Assembly: GCA_963422645.2 (NCBI GenBank) | Contig: CAXXVO010000008.1 | Span: 512,001 to 576,000 of the forward strand | Length of the DNA: 64,000 nt | Direction: 5' to 3' | From: Alphaproteobacteria bacterium | Lineage (GTDB): Bacteria > Pseudomonadota > Alphaproteobacteria > UBA828 | Program-made: the position numbers and the translations under genes | The notes under the pieces: model-generated | The model's input: only the letters and a program-made list of their open reading frames with translations | Databases searched by the model: none | What the model was told of the DNA's origin: nothing | In this document: one piece after another, positions 40,023 through 50,127 of the stretch | Position numbering within the stretch: position 1 is the stretch's first letter | How the letters are laid out: each line of letters starts with the position of its first letter

Positions 40023-40784
40023 ATGGACCTCAAGCTGGACGGCAAGAAAGCCATCGTGACGGGAGGCACGCGGGGGATCGGCCACGCGATTGCGCGCAGG
40101 CTCGCGCTGGAGGGCTGCGGGGTCGGCATTTGCGCCCGTGACGGCGCCAAGCTTGACGCGGTGCTGGCGGCGTTTGCAGCCGAGGGCCTCGCCGTGATCG
40201 GCGCCGCCTGCGATGTCGCGGACGGCGACGCGGTGCGGCAATGGACCGCAGCGATGGCGGAGCAGCTCGGCGGCATCGATATAGTGGTCGCCAACGTGAG
40301 CGCGCTCGCGGGCGCACCGGGTGAAGACTCCTGGCGGGCCGCGCTCGAAGTCGACGTGCTCGGCACCGTGCGCACGATCGAGGCGGCCATGCCGCACCTC
40401 GAGGACTCAGAGGCCCCGGCAATCGTGACCGTATCGAGCACGGCGGGCGTCGAGAGCTTCGGCGGGGTCAGGCCCTACAACTCGATCAAGGCCGCCCTCA
40501 TTAACTACACCTCCAATCTGGCCACTGAGCTTGCCGAACGCGGCATTCGCGCGAACTGCGTCTCGCCGGGTACGATTTATTTCGAGGACGGCGTTTGGGG
40601 CACGCGCCGGCGGGAGGACCCGGAGCGCTTCGAGGCGGCGCTCGCGCTCAACCCCACCGGCCGGATGGGCACGCCCGAGGAGGTGGCCGATGCGGTGGCC
40701 TTCCTCGCGAGCCCGCTCTCGGGATTCACCATGGGCGCCAACCTGATCGTCGACGGCGGACTCACCCGGCGCGTGCAGTACTAG
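40023..40784 (+). CDS. SDR-family oxidoreductase
   Basis: TGGTRGIG, YNSIK, VSPG. Confidence 0.9.
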   Translation: MDLKLDGKKAIVTGGTRGIGHAIARRLALEGCGVGICARDGAKLDAVLAAFAAEGLAVIGAACDVADGDAVRQWTAAMAEQLGGIDIVVANVSALAGAPGEDSWRAALEVDVLGTVRTIEAAMPHLEDSEAPAIVTVSSTAGVESFGGVRPYNSIKAALINYTSNLATELAERGIRANCVSPGTIYFEDGVWGTRRREDPERFEAALALNPTGRMGTPEEVADAVAFLASPLSGFTMGANLIVDGGLTRRVQY

Positions 40785-40857
40785 CCCGGCGCCTATCAGG
40801 TTCAGGGGATCGGTAGACTCCCGCCGCACATTCCGCCTAGAGTTGCTTTCGGACATC

Positions 40858-40883
40858 GCAATACCGTCGGGTGACGGTATTGC
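40858..40883. promoter_or_regulatory. Perfect palindrome upstream of the Liv-type ABC operon (operator candidate)
   Basis: GCAATACCGTC-GGGT-GACGGTATTGC, 38 bp before the ATG at 40922. Confidence 0.55.
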
Positions 40884-40921
40884 AGAACGCCCAAATAAGG
40901 CCGTCCAGGGAGGGAACCACA

Positions 40922-42124
40922 ATGCGAAAATTGACACTGCTAGCAGGCGCGGCCGCGCTTGCCCTATCGATCGGCGTCGCCACGCCGACCCACGCTGCCG
41001 ACGACGATGTCGTCATCGGCTTCGCCATCGCGCTCAGCGGCTGGATGAACCAGTACGACGGGCCGCCGTCCAGATCGGCGAAGATGGCGATCAACGACAT
41101 CAACGAGGCCGGCGGCGTGCTCGGCGGCCGCAAGTTCGCCTTCACGCAGTCCGACACCAAGTCGGAGGCGGCCGAGGGCGCGCGGGCCGGGCAGGAGGTG
41201 ATCGCCGACGGCGCCAACTTCATGATCGTCTCGTGCGACTACGACATGGGCGCGGCTGCTGCGACGGTCGCGAACAGCAACGCGATGGTGGTCATCTCGC
41301 TCTGCGCCTCCGACGCGAAGATGGGCGTGCAGGGCATCGGGCCCTACGCCTTCACCATGTCCAACTCGTCGCTTACCAGCGGCGCAGTGATTGCGGAGTG
41401 GGCGTGGAACAATAAGGGCTGGAAGACCGCCTACAACCTGCTCGATACATCGATCGAGTACGACAAGGCGATCTGTGCCGGCTTCAAGACCCGCTTCGAG
41501 AAGCTGGGCGGCGCGATGCTGGGCGAGGACACCTTCAAGCAGGACGATGCCTCCATCGCCTCGCAGATCACGCGCTTCAAGCAGGTTGCGGAGGAGAAGG
41601 GCGAGCCTGACCTCCTCCACGTGTGCTCCTACGGCGCGGGCGCGAACGCCGCGATCCGCCAGATCAGGGCGTCCGGCATCGACACGCCGATCTCGGGCGG
41701 CGATTCGATGGACGGCGACTACTGGACCGAGGCCATCGGCAACCTCAATGACCACTACACCGGCACTTACGGCTCGGTGTTCGGCGACGATCCCCGGCCC
41801 CGGGTCAACGAGTTCTTCGACCGCTACGAGGAAGTGCACGGGGAGCGGGTGTGCTGTTCGTTCGCGCTCTCGGGCTACAGCATCATCCAGGCGCTCGCCA
41901 TCGCCATGGATCGGGCGGGGACCACCGATAGCGACGCGGTGCTGGCCGAGCTCAACAAGTTCGACAATGAGCCGCTGCTGGTGGGTCCCACCACGTTCAC
42001 CCCGGACCTGCACATCAACCTCGAGCGGCCGCAGGCAATCATCGGGATCAAGGGCGGCAAGGGCTACTTCGTCGACCTGATTCAGCTGCCGGAGCCGCCT
42101 CCGCTGCAGCTCATATTCAAGTAG
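40922..42124 (+). CDS. Branched-chain amino-acid-type ABC substrate-binding protein
   Basis: Signal peptide; IN..GGVLGG; GGAGG RBS. Confidence 0.88.
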   Translation: MRKLTLLAGAAALALSIGVATPTHAADDDVVIGFAIALSGWMNQYDGPPSRSAKMAINDINEAGGVLGGRKFAFTQSDTKSEAAEGARAGQEVIADGANFMIVSCDYDMGAAAATVANSNAMVVISLCASDAKMGVQGIGPYAFTMSNSSLTSGAVIAEWAWNNKGWKTAYNLLDTSIEYDKAICAGFKTRFEKLGGAMLGEDTFKQDDASIASQITRFKQVAEEKGEPDLLHVCSYGAGANAAIRQIRASGIDTPISGGDSMDGDYWTEAIGNLNDHYTGTYGSVFGDDPRPRVNEFFDRYEEVHGERVCCSFALSGYSIIQALAIAMDRAGTTDSDAVLAELNKFDNEPLLVGPTTFTPDLHINLERPQAIIGIKGGKGYFVDLIQLPEPPPLQLIFK

Positions 42125-42247
42125 GCAAAGACCCGGTGGGCGGTCCGCGGAACCTAGTCTCGCGGGCCGCCCCCGTTTTCCCGGTCGCGCCGCCGCGGCC
42201 GACGGCCGCCGCATGACGCCGTAACACCGTTCGAGGGGGCCTCTCCG

Positions 42248-43162
42248 GTGCAAGCGGTCGTTCAGAACATCATCGACGCTCTGAGCCTGGGGAGCCTGTT
42301 CGCACTCACCTCCCTCGGCATCGGCCTGATCTTCGGCATCATGCGCCTGATCAATTTCGCCCATGGCGACTTGATCATGATCGGCGCCTACGCGCTCATC
42401 GTGCCGTCCGCCGCGGTGGCGCCGCAGCTCTTCATCGGCGCCTGGCACCCGGCGGCAGTGGTGGCGGCGATCATTCTCATCGTCATCATCTTCGCCGTCG
42501 CCTGCGAGCGGCTGGCCTTCCGCCCGCTCCGCGATGCCGACCCCTCGGTGCTGCTGATCGCCTCCTTCGCGCTCAGTTTCTTCTTCCAGAACATGGTTCT
42601 GCTGATCTACGAGGGCCGGCCCAAGGGCGTGGACCTCTGGCCGGTGCTGACCGATCCCTTCCTGCTCGGCGACATTCGCCTGCCGCGCCTGCAGATCGTG
42701 ATGATCGCCGCGACCGCGGTGCTGCTGCTGCTGCTCGTGCTCTTCCTCAAGCGCACAGCGATCGGGCGCCAGATGCGGGCGGCGTCCGAGGACTTCATGA
42801 TGGCGCGCTTCCTGGGCGTCCGCGCCAACCGGGTGATCGCCGCAGCCTTCGCGATCTCGGGCCTCCTCGCGGCCGTGATTTCCCTGCTCTTCGTCGTGCA
42901 GAACGGCGTACTGAAGTTCGACATGGGTGTGCCGCTGGTGCTCGCGGCGTTCGTGGGCACCGTCGTCGGCGGCATGGGCAGCCTGGTCGGCGCTGTGGTG
43001 GGCGGCTTCGTGGTGGGCGTCGCCAGCGTCTTCTTCCAGATCGTTCTTCCGCTGGAGATGCGGCTTAACCGCGATGCCTGGGTCTACGGCCTGATCCTCG
43101 TCATCCTCCTGCTCAGGCCCGGCGGCATCGTCAAGGTGAAGGCGGTCGAGGAACGGATCTGA
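42248..43162 (+). CDS. LivH-type ABC permease
   Basis: GLIFGIMRLINFAHG, GGMGS. Confidence 0.9.
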   Translation: MQAVVQNIIDALSLGSLFALTSLGIGLIFGIMRLINFAHGDLIMIGAYALIVPSAAVAPQLFIGAWHPAAVVAAIILIVIIFAVACERLAFRPLRDADPSVLLIASFALSFFFQNMVLLIYEGRPKGVDLWPVLTDPFLLGDIRLPRLQIVMIAATAVLLLLLVLFLKRTAIGRQMRAASEDFMMARFLGVRANRVIAAAFAISGLLAAVISLLFVVQNGVLKFDMGVPLVLAAFVGTVVGGMGSLVGAVVGGFVVGVASVFFQIVLPLEMRLNRDAWVYGLILVILLLRPGGIVKVKAVEERI

Positions 43163-43174
43163 CCGTGGTGAGAC

Positions 43175-44980
43175 ATGCGGGTTAGCCCTGCGACTGTCGG
43201 CCGTTACCTGTGGGAGCCCGGGACTCTCGGCTTGGGCCTCCTCGTGCTCTCCCTGATCATTTGGGGGACTGGCGACAAGGTCATCGAGCGCACGCTCACG
43301 GTGGCGCTCATCAACACCGTGATGGTGATCGGTCTCTATATCTTCATCGGCAACTCCGGCGTGCTCGCGTTCGGCCACATGGCCTTCGCGCTGATCGGCG
43401 CCTACGCGGTCGCCTGGTTCACCATGTCGCCCTTCAAGAAGAGCTTCGCGCTCGATCTGCCGACCTTCCTCGCCGAGAACACGCTGCCGCTGCTGCCGTC
43501 GGCGATCATCTCCTCGCTGCTGGCTGCGCTGGTCGCCCTCGTCGTTGGCATCCCACTGATGCGATTGAGCGGCATCGCCGCGAGCATCGGCACCTTCGCG
43601 GTGCTGATGATCTTCTACACGCTCTATTCCAACTGGGATTCCTGGACCTTCGGCGCGAGCACGCTGGTGGGCGTCCCCATCTACGTCGACTTCTGGGTCG
43701 CGCTGGCGTGGGCTCTGGTCGCGCTGATGGTCGCCACCATCTATCAGAAGTCCCGCTTCGGCCTGGCGCTCCGGGCTTCGCGCGAGAACGAGGCGGCGGC
43801 GCGCGCCGTCGGCATCAACGTGCCTACCCAGCGGCTCATCGCCTTCGTGCTGAGCGGTTTCTTCATGGGGCTGGGCGGAGTGCTCCAGGCCCACTACGTG
43901 GGCTCCATCGTGGTGCGCGGCTTCTGGCTCGGGCCCACCTTCGTCGCGCTCGCCATGCTGATGATCGGCGGCCAGCGGAGCCTGACGGGCGCCGTGGTTG
44001 GCGTGATGGTGGTCGCGGTGTTGCAGGAGGTGCTGCGCAAGATCGAGGTCATCATCCAGCTCTACGGGCTGAGCCAGCTCGTCATCGCGTTCCTGATGCT
44101 GACCATCCTGATCGTCCGGCCGCGCGGAATCGCGAAGGGGCGGGAGATCCCCTGGCCCTTCGCCAGTCCGGCGGCGATGGCGGCACCGACGCGCTTAGAC
44201 CGCGCGCCCTCCGCGCCCGCGATCGTGCCCGCCGGCGGCGACATGGAGGAGCGGCTGGAGGCGCATGACGTCTCGGTCAACTTCGAGGGGCTCGCCGCCG
44301 TCGACGAGGTCACGGTGTCCATGGGCCGGCACGAGATATTCGGGCTGATCGGGCCGAACGGCGCGGGCAAGACCACGCTCGTCAACGTGCTGACCGGCTT
44401 CCAGAAGCCGACGCATGGCAGGGTCGTGCTCGCCGGTGTCGACGTCACCGGCATGCCGCCGCACCGGATCGGCCGGAGAGGGCTCGCGCGGACCTTCCAG
44501 GCGGTCAGGCTCTATCCCGACATGCCGGTGATCGAGAACCTGGAGGCCGCTGCCGTCGGCACCGGCCTCGGCCGCCGCGAGGCCTCGCGGCGGGCTCGCG
44601 CAATCCTGGAATGGATGAACTTCGCCGACAAGGCGTACGACCACGCGGACACGCTGCCCTATGGCGACGAGCGCCGGGTCGGCATCGGGCGGGCGCTCGC
44701 GATGGCACCGCACTTCGTGCTGCTGGACGAGCCGGCTGCGGGTATGAGCGATTCCGAGTGCGACGATCTGATGGCGCTGATCTCCCGCATTCCGCAGGAC
44801 TTCGGCTGCGGGGTGCTGTTGATCGAGCACAACATGCGCGTGATCATGGGGGTCTGCGACCGTATCCACGTGATCGACAGTGGGCGCACCATCGGCGAGG
44901 GAACGCCGCAGGAGATCCAGGCGAACCCGGCGGTGATTCGCGCCTATCTCGGCTCGCGCTCGGAGCAGGACCATGCTTGA
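43175..44980 (+). CDS. LivM permease fused to LivG-type ATPase
   Basis: N-terminal TM domain, then GPNGAGKTT, ARTFQ, LDEPAAG. Confidence 0.9.
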   Translation: MRVSPATVGRYLWEPGTLGLGLLVLSLIIWGTGDKVIERTLTVALINTVMVIGLYIFIGNSGVLAFGHMAFALIGAYAVAWFTMSPFKKSFALDLPTFLAENTLPLLPSAIISSLLAALVALVVGIPLMRLSGIAASIGTFAVLMIFYTLYSNWDSWTFGASTLVGVPIYVDFWVALAWALVALMVATIYQKSRFGLALRASRENEAAARAVGINVPTQRLIAFVLSGFFMGLGGVLQAHYVGSIVVRGFWLGPTFVALAMLMIGGQRSLTGAVVGVMVVAVLQEVLRKIEVIIQLYGLSQLVIAFLMLTILIVRPRGIAKGREIPWPFASPAAMAAPTRLDRAPSAPAIVPAGGDMEERLEAHDVSVNFEGLAAVDEVTVSMGRHEIFGLIGPNGAGKTTLVNVLTGFQKPTHGRVVLAGVDVTGMPPHRIGRRGLARTFQAVRLYPDMPVIENLEAAAVGTGLGRREASRRARAILEWMNFADKAYDHADTLPYGDERRVGIGRALAMAPHFVLLDEPAAGMSDSECDDLMALISRIPQDFGCGVLLIEHNMRVIMGVCDRIHVIDSGRTIGEGTPQEIQANPAVIRAYLGSRSEQDHA

Positions 44981-45707
44981 GGTCGACGATATCAGCGTCA
45001 GCTACGGGCGCATCCCGGCAGTGCGGGGCGTCAGCCTCACCGTGGACGAGGGCGAGATCGTGACCCTGGTGGGCCCCAACGGCGCCGGCAAGTCGACCAC
45101 GCTCATGACCATCGCCGGCGCGCTGACGCCCACCCAGGGCATGGTGCGGCTCAACGGTGATGTGATCGTGGGCAAGGGGCCGGAGAATATCGCCCGCCTC
45201 GGCGTCTCCTTCGTGCCCGAAGGCCGCCATGTCTTTACCCGGCTTACGGTGGAGGAGAACATCCGCCTGGGCACCGACATGCGCTCCGACAAGAAGCAGA
45301 TCGAGCGGGACTTCGAGCGCGTGCTCGACTACTTCCCCTTCATGCGCGAGCGGCTGTCCACGCCGGGCGGCAAGCTCTCGGGCGGGGAGCAGCAGCAACT
45401 CGTGATCGCGCGCGCGCTGATGACGGCGCCCAAGATCATCCTGGTGGACGAGCCCTCGCTCGGCCTCGGCCCGCTCATCGTCGACAGGGTCTACGAGATT
45501 CTGAAGTCCCTGCGTGAGGCCGGGAACACGCTGCTGGTGGTGGAGCAGAGCACCCACCGCGCGCTGGAGAACGCCGACCGGGTCTATGTGCTCCGCAGCG
45601 GGCTGATCGAGCTCACGGGCCGGAGCGCCGAGCTCACCGACGAGGAGCTGGAGCGCGCCTATTTCGGCTTCGAAGAGGCCGCCGAGAGCGAAGACGTGCA
45701 TTTCTGA
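44973..45707 (+). CDS. LivF-type ABC ATPase
   Basis: GPNGAGKST, VPEGR, LSGGEQQ, DEPSLGL. Confidence 0.92.
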   Translation: MLEVDDISVSYGRIPAVRGVSLTVDEGEIVTLVGPNGAGKSTTLMTIAGALTPTQGMVRLNGDVIVGKGPENIARLGVSFVPEGRHVFTRLTVEENIRLGTDMRSDKKQIERDFERVLDYFPFMRERLSTPGGKLSGGEQQQLVIARALMTAPKIILVDEPSLGLGPLIVDRVYEILKSLREAGNTLLVVEQSTHRALENADRVYVLRSGLIELTGRSAELTDEELERAYFGFEEAAESEDVHF

Positions 45708-45768
45708 GGAGGGTGTCGGCGGCGGTCGCCCTCTCCTTGCTGGCTCGCGATCCGACGCAGCGTGCGGG

Positions 45769-45915
45769 TTACAACCTGATCCAGCTCGCCAGCTCTTCGT
45801 GCTGGAAGATCATGTTGTCCTGGATGGCCAGGTGCGTCCCGACACCGGCATTCTTGGCCCGCCGCTACATCGCATGGGCGATCGCCACGGCGACGTAGGC
45901 GAGACCCACCGCATC
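45769..45915 (-). pseudogene. Possible C-terminal remnant of an ornithine cyclodeaminase/mu-crystallin family gene
   Basis: Reads VGLAYVAVAIAHAM*RRAKNAGVGTHLAIQDNMIFQH..., with an internal stop; resemblance judged by eye. Confidence 0.35.
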
Positions 45916-45933
45916 GACCGCCGGTCTCCGCCC

Positions 45934-47352
45934 TCAGACGAGGCCCATCTGGCGATAGGAGCGCACGACCTTCTCCAAGGCGAGGGCGAAGGCTGCCGTG
46001 CGCAGGTCTTCGATCGCGTCCGATCCGCGCATGGTTTCGCGCATCGCGCCGTAGGCCTCGCGCATGGTGTCCTCGAGGCCTGACTGGACCAGGTCGAGCT
46101 CATCCACGCCGCGTAGCAGCGGCGCCTTGAGCGCCTCCGGCACCGGCCGGCCGGCAGTGGTCTCGATCATCTCGACAATGCGCCGGCCGCGTTGGATGTC
46201 GAGCTGGCGCGAGAGCCGGCCGAAGCGCATGTGCGAGACGTTGGAGACCCATTCGAAATAACTCACGGTGACGCCGCCAGCGTTGACGAGAAGATCGGGC
46301 AGAATGACCTTGCCGCGCGCGAGCAGCGCCCGCTCGGCCGCAAGCGTCACCGGGCCGTTGGCGGCCTCCACGACGATCGGCGCGCGGATACGTGCTGCGT
46401 TGGCCTCGGTGATTTGGCTCTCGATGGCGGCGGGGACGAGGATATCGCAGTCTGCCTCGAGGACCGATGCGCCGTCGGCGACGAAGCGCGCGCCGGGGAA
46501 CCCCTTGAGGCCGCCAGTGCGACTCAGGTGTTCGGCAATTTGCTTGGGCGCGAGGCCCGCATCGGAGAGCACTGCACCGTCGTGCTCGATGACGCCTGTG
46601 AGGCGCACGCCTTCTTCCTCGGTGAGGTACTTGGCCGCGTGATAGCCCACGTTGCCGAGCCCCTGGACGATCACCCGCTTGCCGTCGAGGCCGCCATCCA
46701 GGCCGGCGCGCGCCACGTCGTCCGGGTGGCGGAAGAGCTCGCGCAGCACGTATTGGACGCCGCGGCCGGTCGCCTCCACGCGGCCCGGAATGCCGCCCTG
46801 GGTCACGGGCTTGCCGGTGACGCAGGCCAGCGCGTCGATGTCCGACGGGTAGAGCTGACGGTACTCGTCCGCCATCCAGGCCATCTCGCGCGCGCCGGTG
46901 CCAATATCCGGCGCCGGCACGTCGCGGCTCGGACTGATGTAGCCGCGATCGGCGAGCTCCTGGGTGAAGCGGCGCGTGATCTGCTCGAGCTCCTCCTCCG
47001 TGTAGTCCTCGGGGCGGATCGCGAGCCCGCCCTTGGCGCCGCCGAAGGGCACGTCCACAAGCGCGCACTTGAAGGTCATCAGCGCCGCCAGCGCCTCGAC
47101 CTCCTGCTGATCGACGAACGCCGCGTAGCGGATACCACCCTTCACGGGCAGGCGGTGATCGCTGTGGACCGCGCGCCAGCCGCAGAAGTTCTCGTAGCGG
47201 CCCCTGAGCCGCACCGGGAAGCGCAGCTGGATGACGGACTTGCACTCGCGGATGGTCTCCACGAGGTCGTCCGGGACGCCGAGCGCACGTGCCGCCCGGT
47301 CGAACATCCCGCGCACGCTGGCCTGGAAACTGTTCTCGGTTGCGGTCGTCAC
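45934..47352 (-). CDS. gdhA: Glu/Leu/Phe/Val dehydrogenase (glutamate dehydrogenase)
   Basis: KGGIRY, PFGGAKGG, VPAPD, TGKP, QGLGNVG, NAGGVTVSYFEW. Confidence 0.92.
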   Translation of the reverse strand: MTTATENSFQASVRGMFDRAARALGVPDDLVETIRECKSVIQLRFPVRLRGRYENFCGWRAVHSDHRLPVKGGIRYAAFVDQQEVEALAALMTFKCALVDVPFGGAKGGLAIRPEDYTEEELEQITRRFTQELADRGYISPSRDVPAPDIGTGAREMAWMADEYRQLYPSDIDALACVTGKPVTQGGIPGRVEATGRGVQYVLRELFRHPDDVARAGLDGGLDGKRVIVQGLGNVGYHAAKYLTEEEGVRLTGVIEHDGAVLSDAGLAPKQIAEHLSRTGGLKGFPGARFVADGASVLEADCDILVPAAIESQITEANAARIRAPIVVEAANGPVTLAAERALLARGKVILPDLLVNAGGVTVSYFEWVSNVSHMRFGRLSRQLDIQRGRRIVEMIETTAGRPVPEALKAPLLRGVDELDLVQSGLEDTMREAYGAMRETMRGSDAIEDLRTAAFALALEKVVRSYRQMGLV

Positions 47353-47545
47353 TTGGCCCTCCGTTGGCGGATGAGACGGATCCGGTGTTCCGACTACATA
47401 TGTTCACATCGCGGCGCGTTGACCAGAGCGCTTTCGCCGGCAGACCGGCGCGATCGAGACGTCTACGCGTCGTCGCCCACTGTCTTCACGCGGTCAACGA
47501 TCGCCGGCTCAGCACCGCGCTTGGCGCCATGGACCGTCTCGACAC

Positions 47546-48793
47546 ATGATGCCGCCTGGGTTCGACACCCGGCAATCCTTGACGCGTATTGCCTGCGGTG
47601 CCAGTACTCGTGAGGCGGAGCGGCAAGCGTGCGGCGGTGCCTCGGCGACTGTGCAAGCAACTTGGGTATCGGCCGTGGTCGATCGTTCATCCGACATCGA
47701 TAGCGCTCCTTCGAACGACAGCGTTGACGACCAAGTCGGTGCGACGAAGACGCCGTTGCTGCGCCTTCGTAACCTGTCCAAGAACTATGGACAGGTTGAA
47801 GCGGTTCGCCCTCTCGATCTCGACATCCACCGGGGCGATTTCTTTGCCATTCTCGGACCCTCCGGCTGTGGAAAAACGACGCTGCTCCGGATGATCGGCG
47901 GGTTCATCACGCCGACCACGGGAAGCGTGGAGATCGCCGGCGCCGACGTCACCGCGCTCGGCCCGGAGAAGCGCCCCACGAACATGGTGTTTCAGGGACT
48001 GGGGCTGTTCCCGCACATGACGGTGCGCCAGAACGTCGCCTATGGCTTGCGAATTGCCAGGCGTCCGCGCGCCGAGATCAACGACACTGTGCAGGAAATT
48101 CTCACTCTCGTCCGGCTTCAGGATCTCGCCGAACGGCGGATCAACGAACTTTCCGGCGGCCAGCAACAGAGAATCGCCCTTGCCCGGGCGCTGGTGCTGC
48201 GCCCCCAGGTCCTGCTGCTGGATGAGCCTCTTGCAGCACTCGACCTGAAACTCCGCCAGGCGATGCAGGAGGAGTTGCGTCGAATTCACCGCTCGATCGG
48301 CGGGACCTTCGTCTTCGTGACCCACGATCAGGGCGAGGCGCTCGGTCTGGCAAACGTGGTTGCGGTCATGGCCGACGGCGTGATCGCGCAGGTCGGAAGT
48401 CCCGAGGATATCTACCTGCAACCCAAGACGCGATTCGTCTCCACCTTTATTGGCGAGGCCAATGTGCTCGCAGGTCGCCGTATGGGCGATGCCGTTACCT
48501 TGCAGGCGGGACTCCAGTTCTCCTCGGCGGGCGCGGACGGCCCGGTCCGCGTGGTCGTCCGGCCTGAAGCGGTGACCCTCGAAGCGCTGCGCGGCGATGC
48601 CGGTACCGGGCTGACCGGCACCCTGCAGGACGTCGTGTTCCTCGGACCCTACGTGAAATACAAGATCGCCCTCGGCAGCGGCGAAGACATCGTCTCCCAC
48701 GTCCCGAGCCTGGACGGAAGCAGCATGTTCACGGTCGGAAGCTCTCTCAAGGTGAGCTGGGATCCCGACACACACCGCGTCCTCGACGACTGA
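47546..48793 (+). CDS. PotA-like ABC ATP-binding protein (true start probably downstream)
   Basis: GPSGCGKT, LSGGQQQR, VTHDQ, C-terminal TOBE-like region. Confidence 0.88.
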   Translation: MMPPGFDTRQSLTRIACGASTREAERQACGGASATVQATWVSAVVDRSSDIDSAPSNDSVDDQVGATKTPLLRLRNLSKNYGQVEAVRPLDLDIHRGDFFAILGPSGCGKTTLLRMIGGFITPTTGSVEIAGADVTALGPEKRPTNMVFQGLGLFPHMTVRQNVAYGLRIARRPRAEINDTVQEILTLVRLQDLAERRINELSGGQQQRIALARALVLRPQVLLLDEPLAALDLKLRQAMQEELRRIHRSIGGTFVFVTHDQGEALGLANVVAVMADGVIAQVGSPEDIYLQPKTRFVSTFIGEANVLAGRRMGDAVTLQAGLQFSSAGADGPVRVVVRPEAVTLEALRGDAGTGLTGTLQDVVFLGPYVKYKIALGSGEDIVSHVPSLDGSSMFTVGSSLKVSWDPDTHRVLDD

Positions 48794-48926
48794 GACGCCC
48801 GACTCCGCGAGACCTGCCCCAGTTATCGCAGCGCCGCGACCGGGGTGAGAAATGCGGGCTCACTTGCGACGGCATCCCGGTAACGCATAATGCCGGCTTG
48901 GTGCGCGCTGCAGGGAGAGGGCGGCT

Positions 48927-49826
48927 ATGAGCGATGCGGAATGCGTCGTGGACTGCAAGTCTTTGCTCGGGGAGGGCCCCCTCTGGTCGCCTGCCGAAAG
49001 GGCTCTCTACTGGACCGACGTTCCCGCCTACACGGTCCACCGCTGGACACCGGACACCGGGGAGCAGCGTTCATGGCGCCTGCCGGAAATGGTCACGTCG
49101 ATGTCGATGCGCGCGCAAGGCGGATTGATCCTCGCGACCACCGGAAGGATCAACAGGTGGGATCCGGATAACGATCGTCTTGAAACTCTGGCGGTCCCGG
49201 AGGCAGACCTGCCGGACAACCGGTCGAACGACGGCAAGTGCGATCGGCGCGGCCGTTTCTGGTACGGCACGATGCAGAACAACCTTAATCCCGACGGGTC
49301 CGACAAGCCCATGACAGAGTCGTCGGGCAATCTCTGGCGCATCGATGGCGATGGCTCGTTCCACTGCATGGATTCAGGAATCGGAATCAGCAACACGTTC
49401 GCCTGGAGTCCGGATAACAGGGTGATGTACTTCGGCGACACGCTTGCCGGGATCCACGCCTACGACTTCGACATCGAGGCTGGCGCGATCGCCAATCGTC
49501 GTGTCTTTGCCAAGACCGAGGACCCGGCACTCGGTGTCCCCGACGGCTCAACCATCGACGCAGACGGGTTCCTCTGGAACGCGCGATGGGACGGCGGGTG
49601 CCTGTTGCGCTGGGCGCCCGACGGCACCATCGACCGCAAGGTCGCGTTTCCCTGCCAGCGCGTGACCAGTGCGATCTTCGGGGGCGCGGATCTCGACATC
49701 TTGTACGTAACGACAGCGCGGTACGACCTGAGCGAGGGCGATCTCGCCGAGCAACCGCTGGCCGGCGGGATCTTCGCGTTGTCGCCGGGGGTTCGAGGGA
49801 TACCGGAGGTGCCTTTTCCCGGATAG
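48927..49826 (+). CDS. SMP-30/gluconolactonase family protein
   Basis: LGEGPLW, RSNDGK.D..GRFW.GTM, PDGST.D. Confidence 0.92.
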   Translation: MSDAECVVDCKSLLGEGPLWSPAERALYWTDVPAYTVHRWTPDTGEQRSWRLPEMVTSMSMRAQGGLILATTGRINRWDPDNDRLETLAVPEADLPDNRSNDGKCDRRGRFWYGTMQNNLNPDGSDKPMTESSGNLWRIDGDGSFHCMDSGIGISNTFAWSPDNRVMYFGDTLAGIHAYDFDIEAGAIANRRVFAKTEDPALGVPDGSTIDADGFLWNARWDGGCLLRWAPDGTIDRKVAFPCQRVTSAIFGGADLDILYVTTARYDLSEGDLAEQPLAGGIFALSPGVRGIPEVPFPG

Positions 49827-50127
49827 GGCCGGAGACCAAGGGTGCGAAATTCGAAGCCGATGACCTGTCACGAAGCCTATCGGCGAGAGGGCGAGTTCTT
49901 ACGCCATGATGTTGTTGAGTTGAACTGACGCTGCGTCGTGCGGGCGTGAACTTTCGTCTGCATTTGCCGTGAAACAGATTCTGGCGAGGGACGCGCGGTG
50001 ACGCTCCAACCCCGAGGTCACGGCGTTGGCTGAGACCGCCAGGGTCGGCGCGGCGGAGACGAGCGGTGGACTTCCCCGATGTGGTCCGAAGCGGTCCCGC
50101 GTAGCCGGCTGACGAGATGCGGGCCGC

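Noticed and set aside
40964-43894. 976-aa minus-strand ORF and other long antisense ORFs (e.g. 1599-3197, 5947-7731, 12896-15016, 62427-63944)
   Set aside because: Shadow frames of well-supported genes on the opposite strand, expected at high GC.
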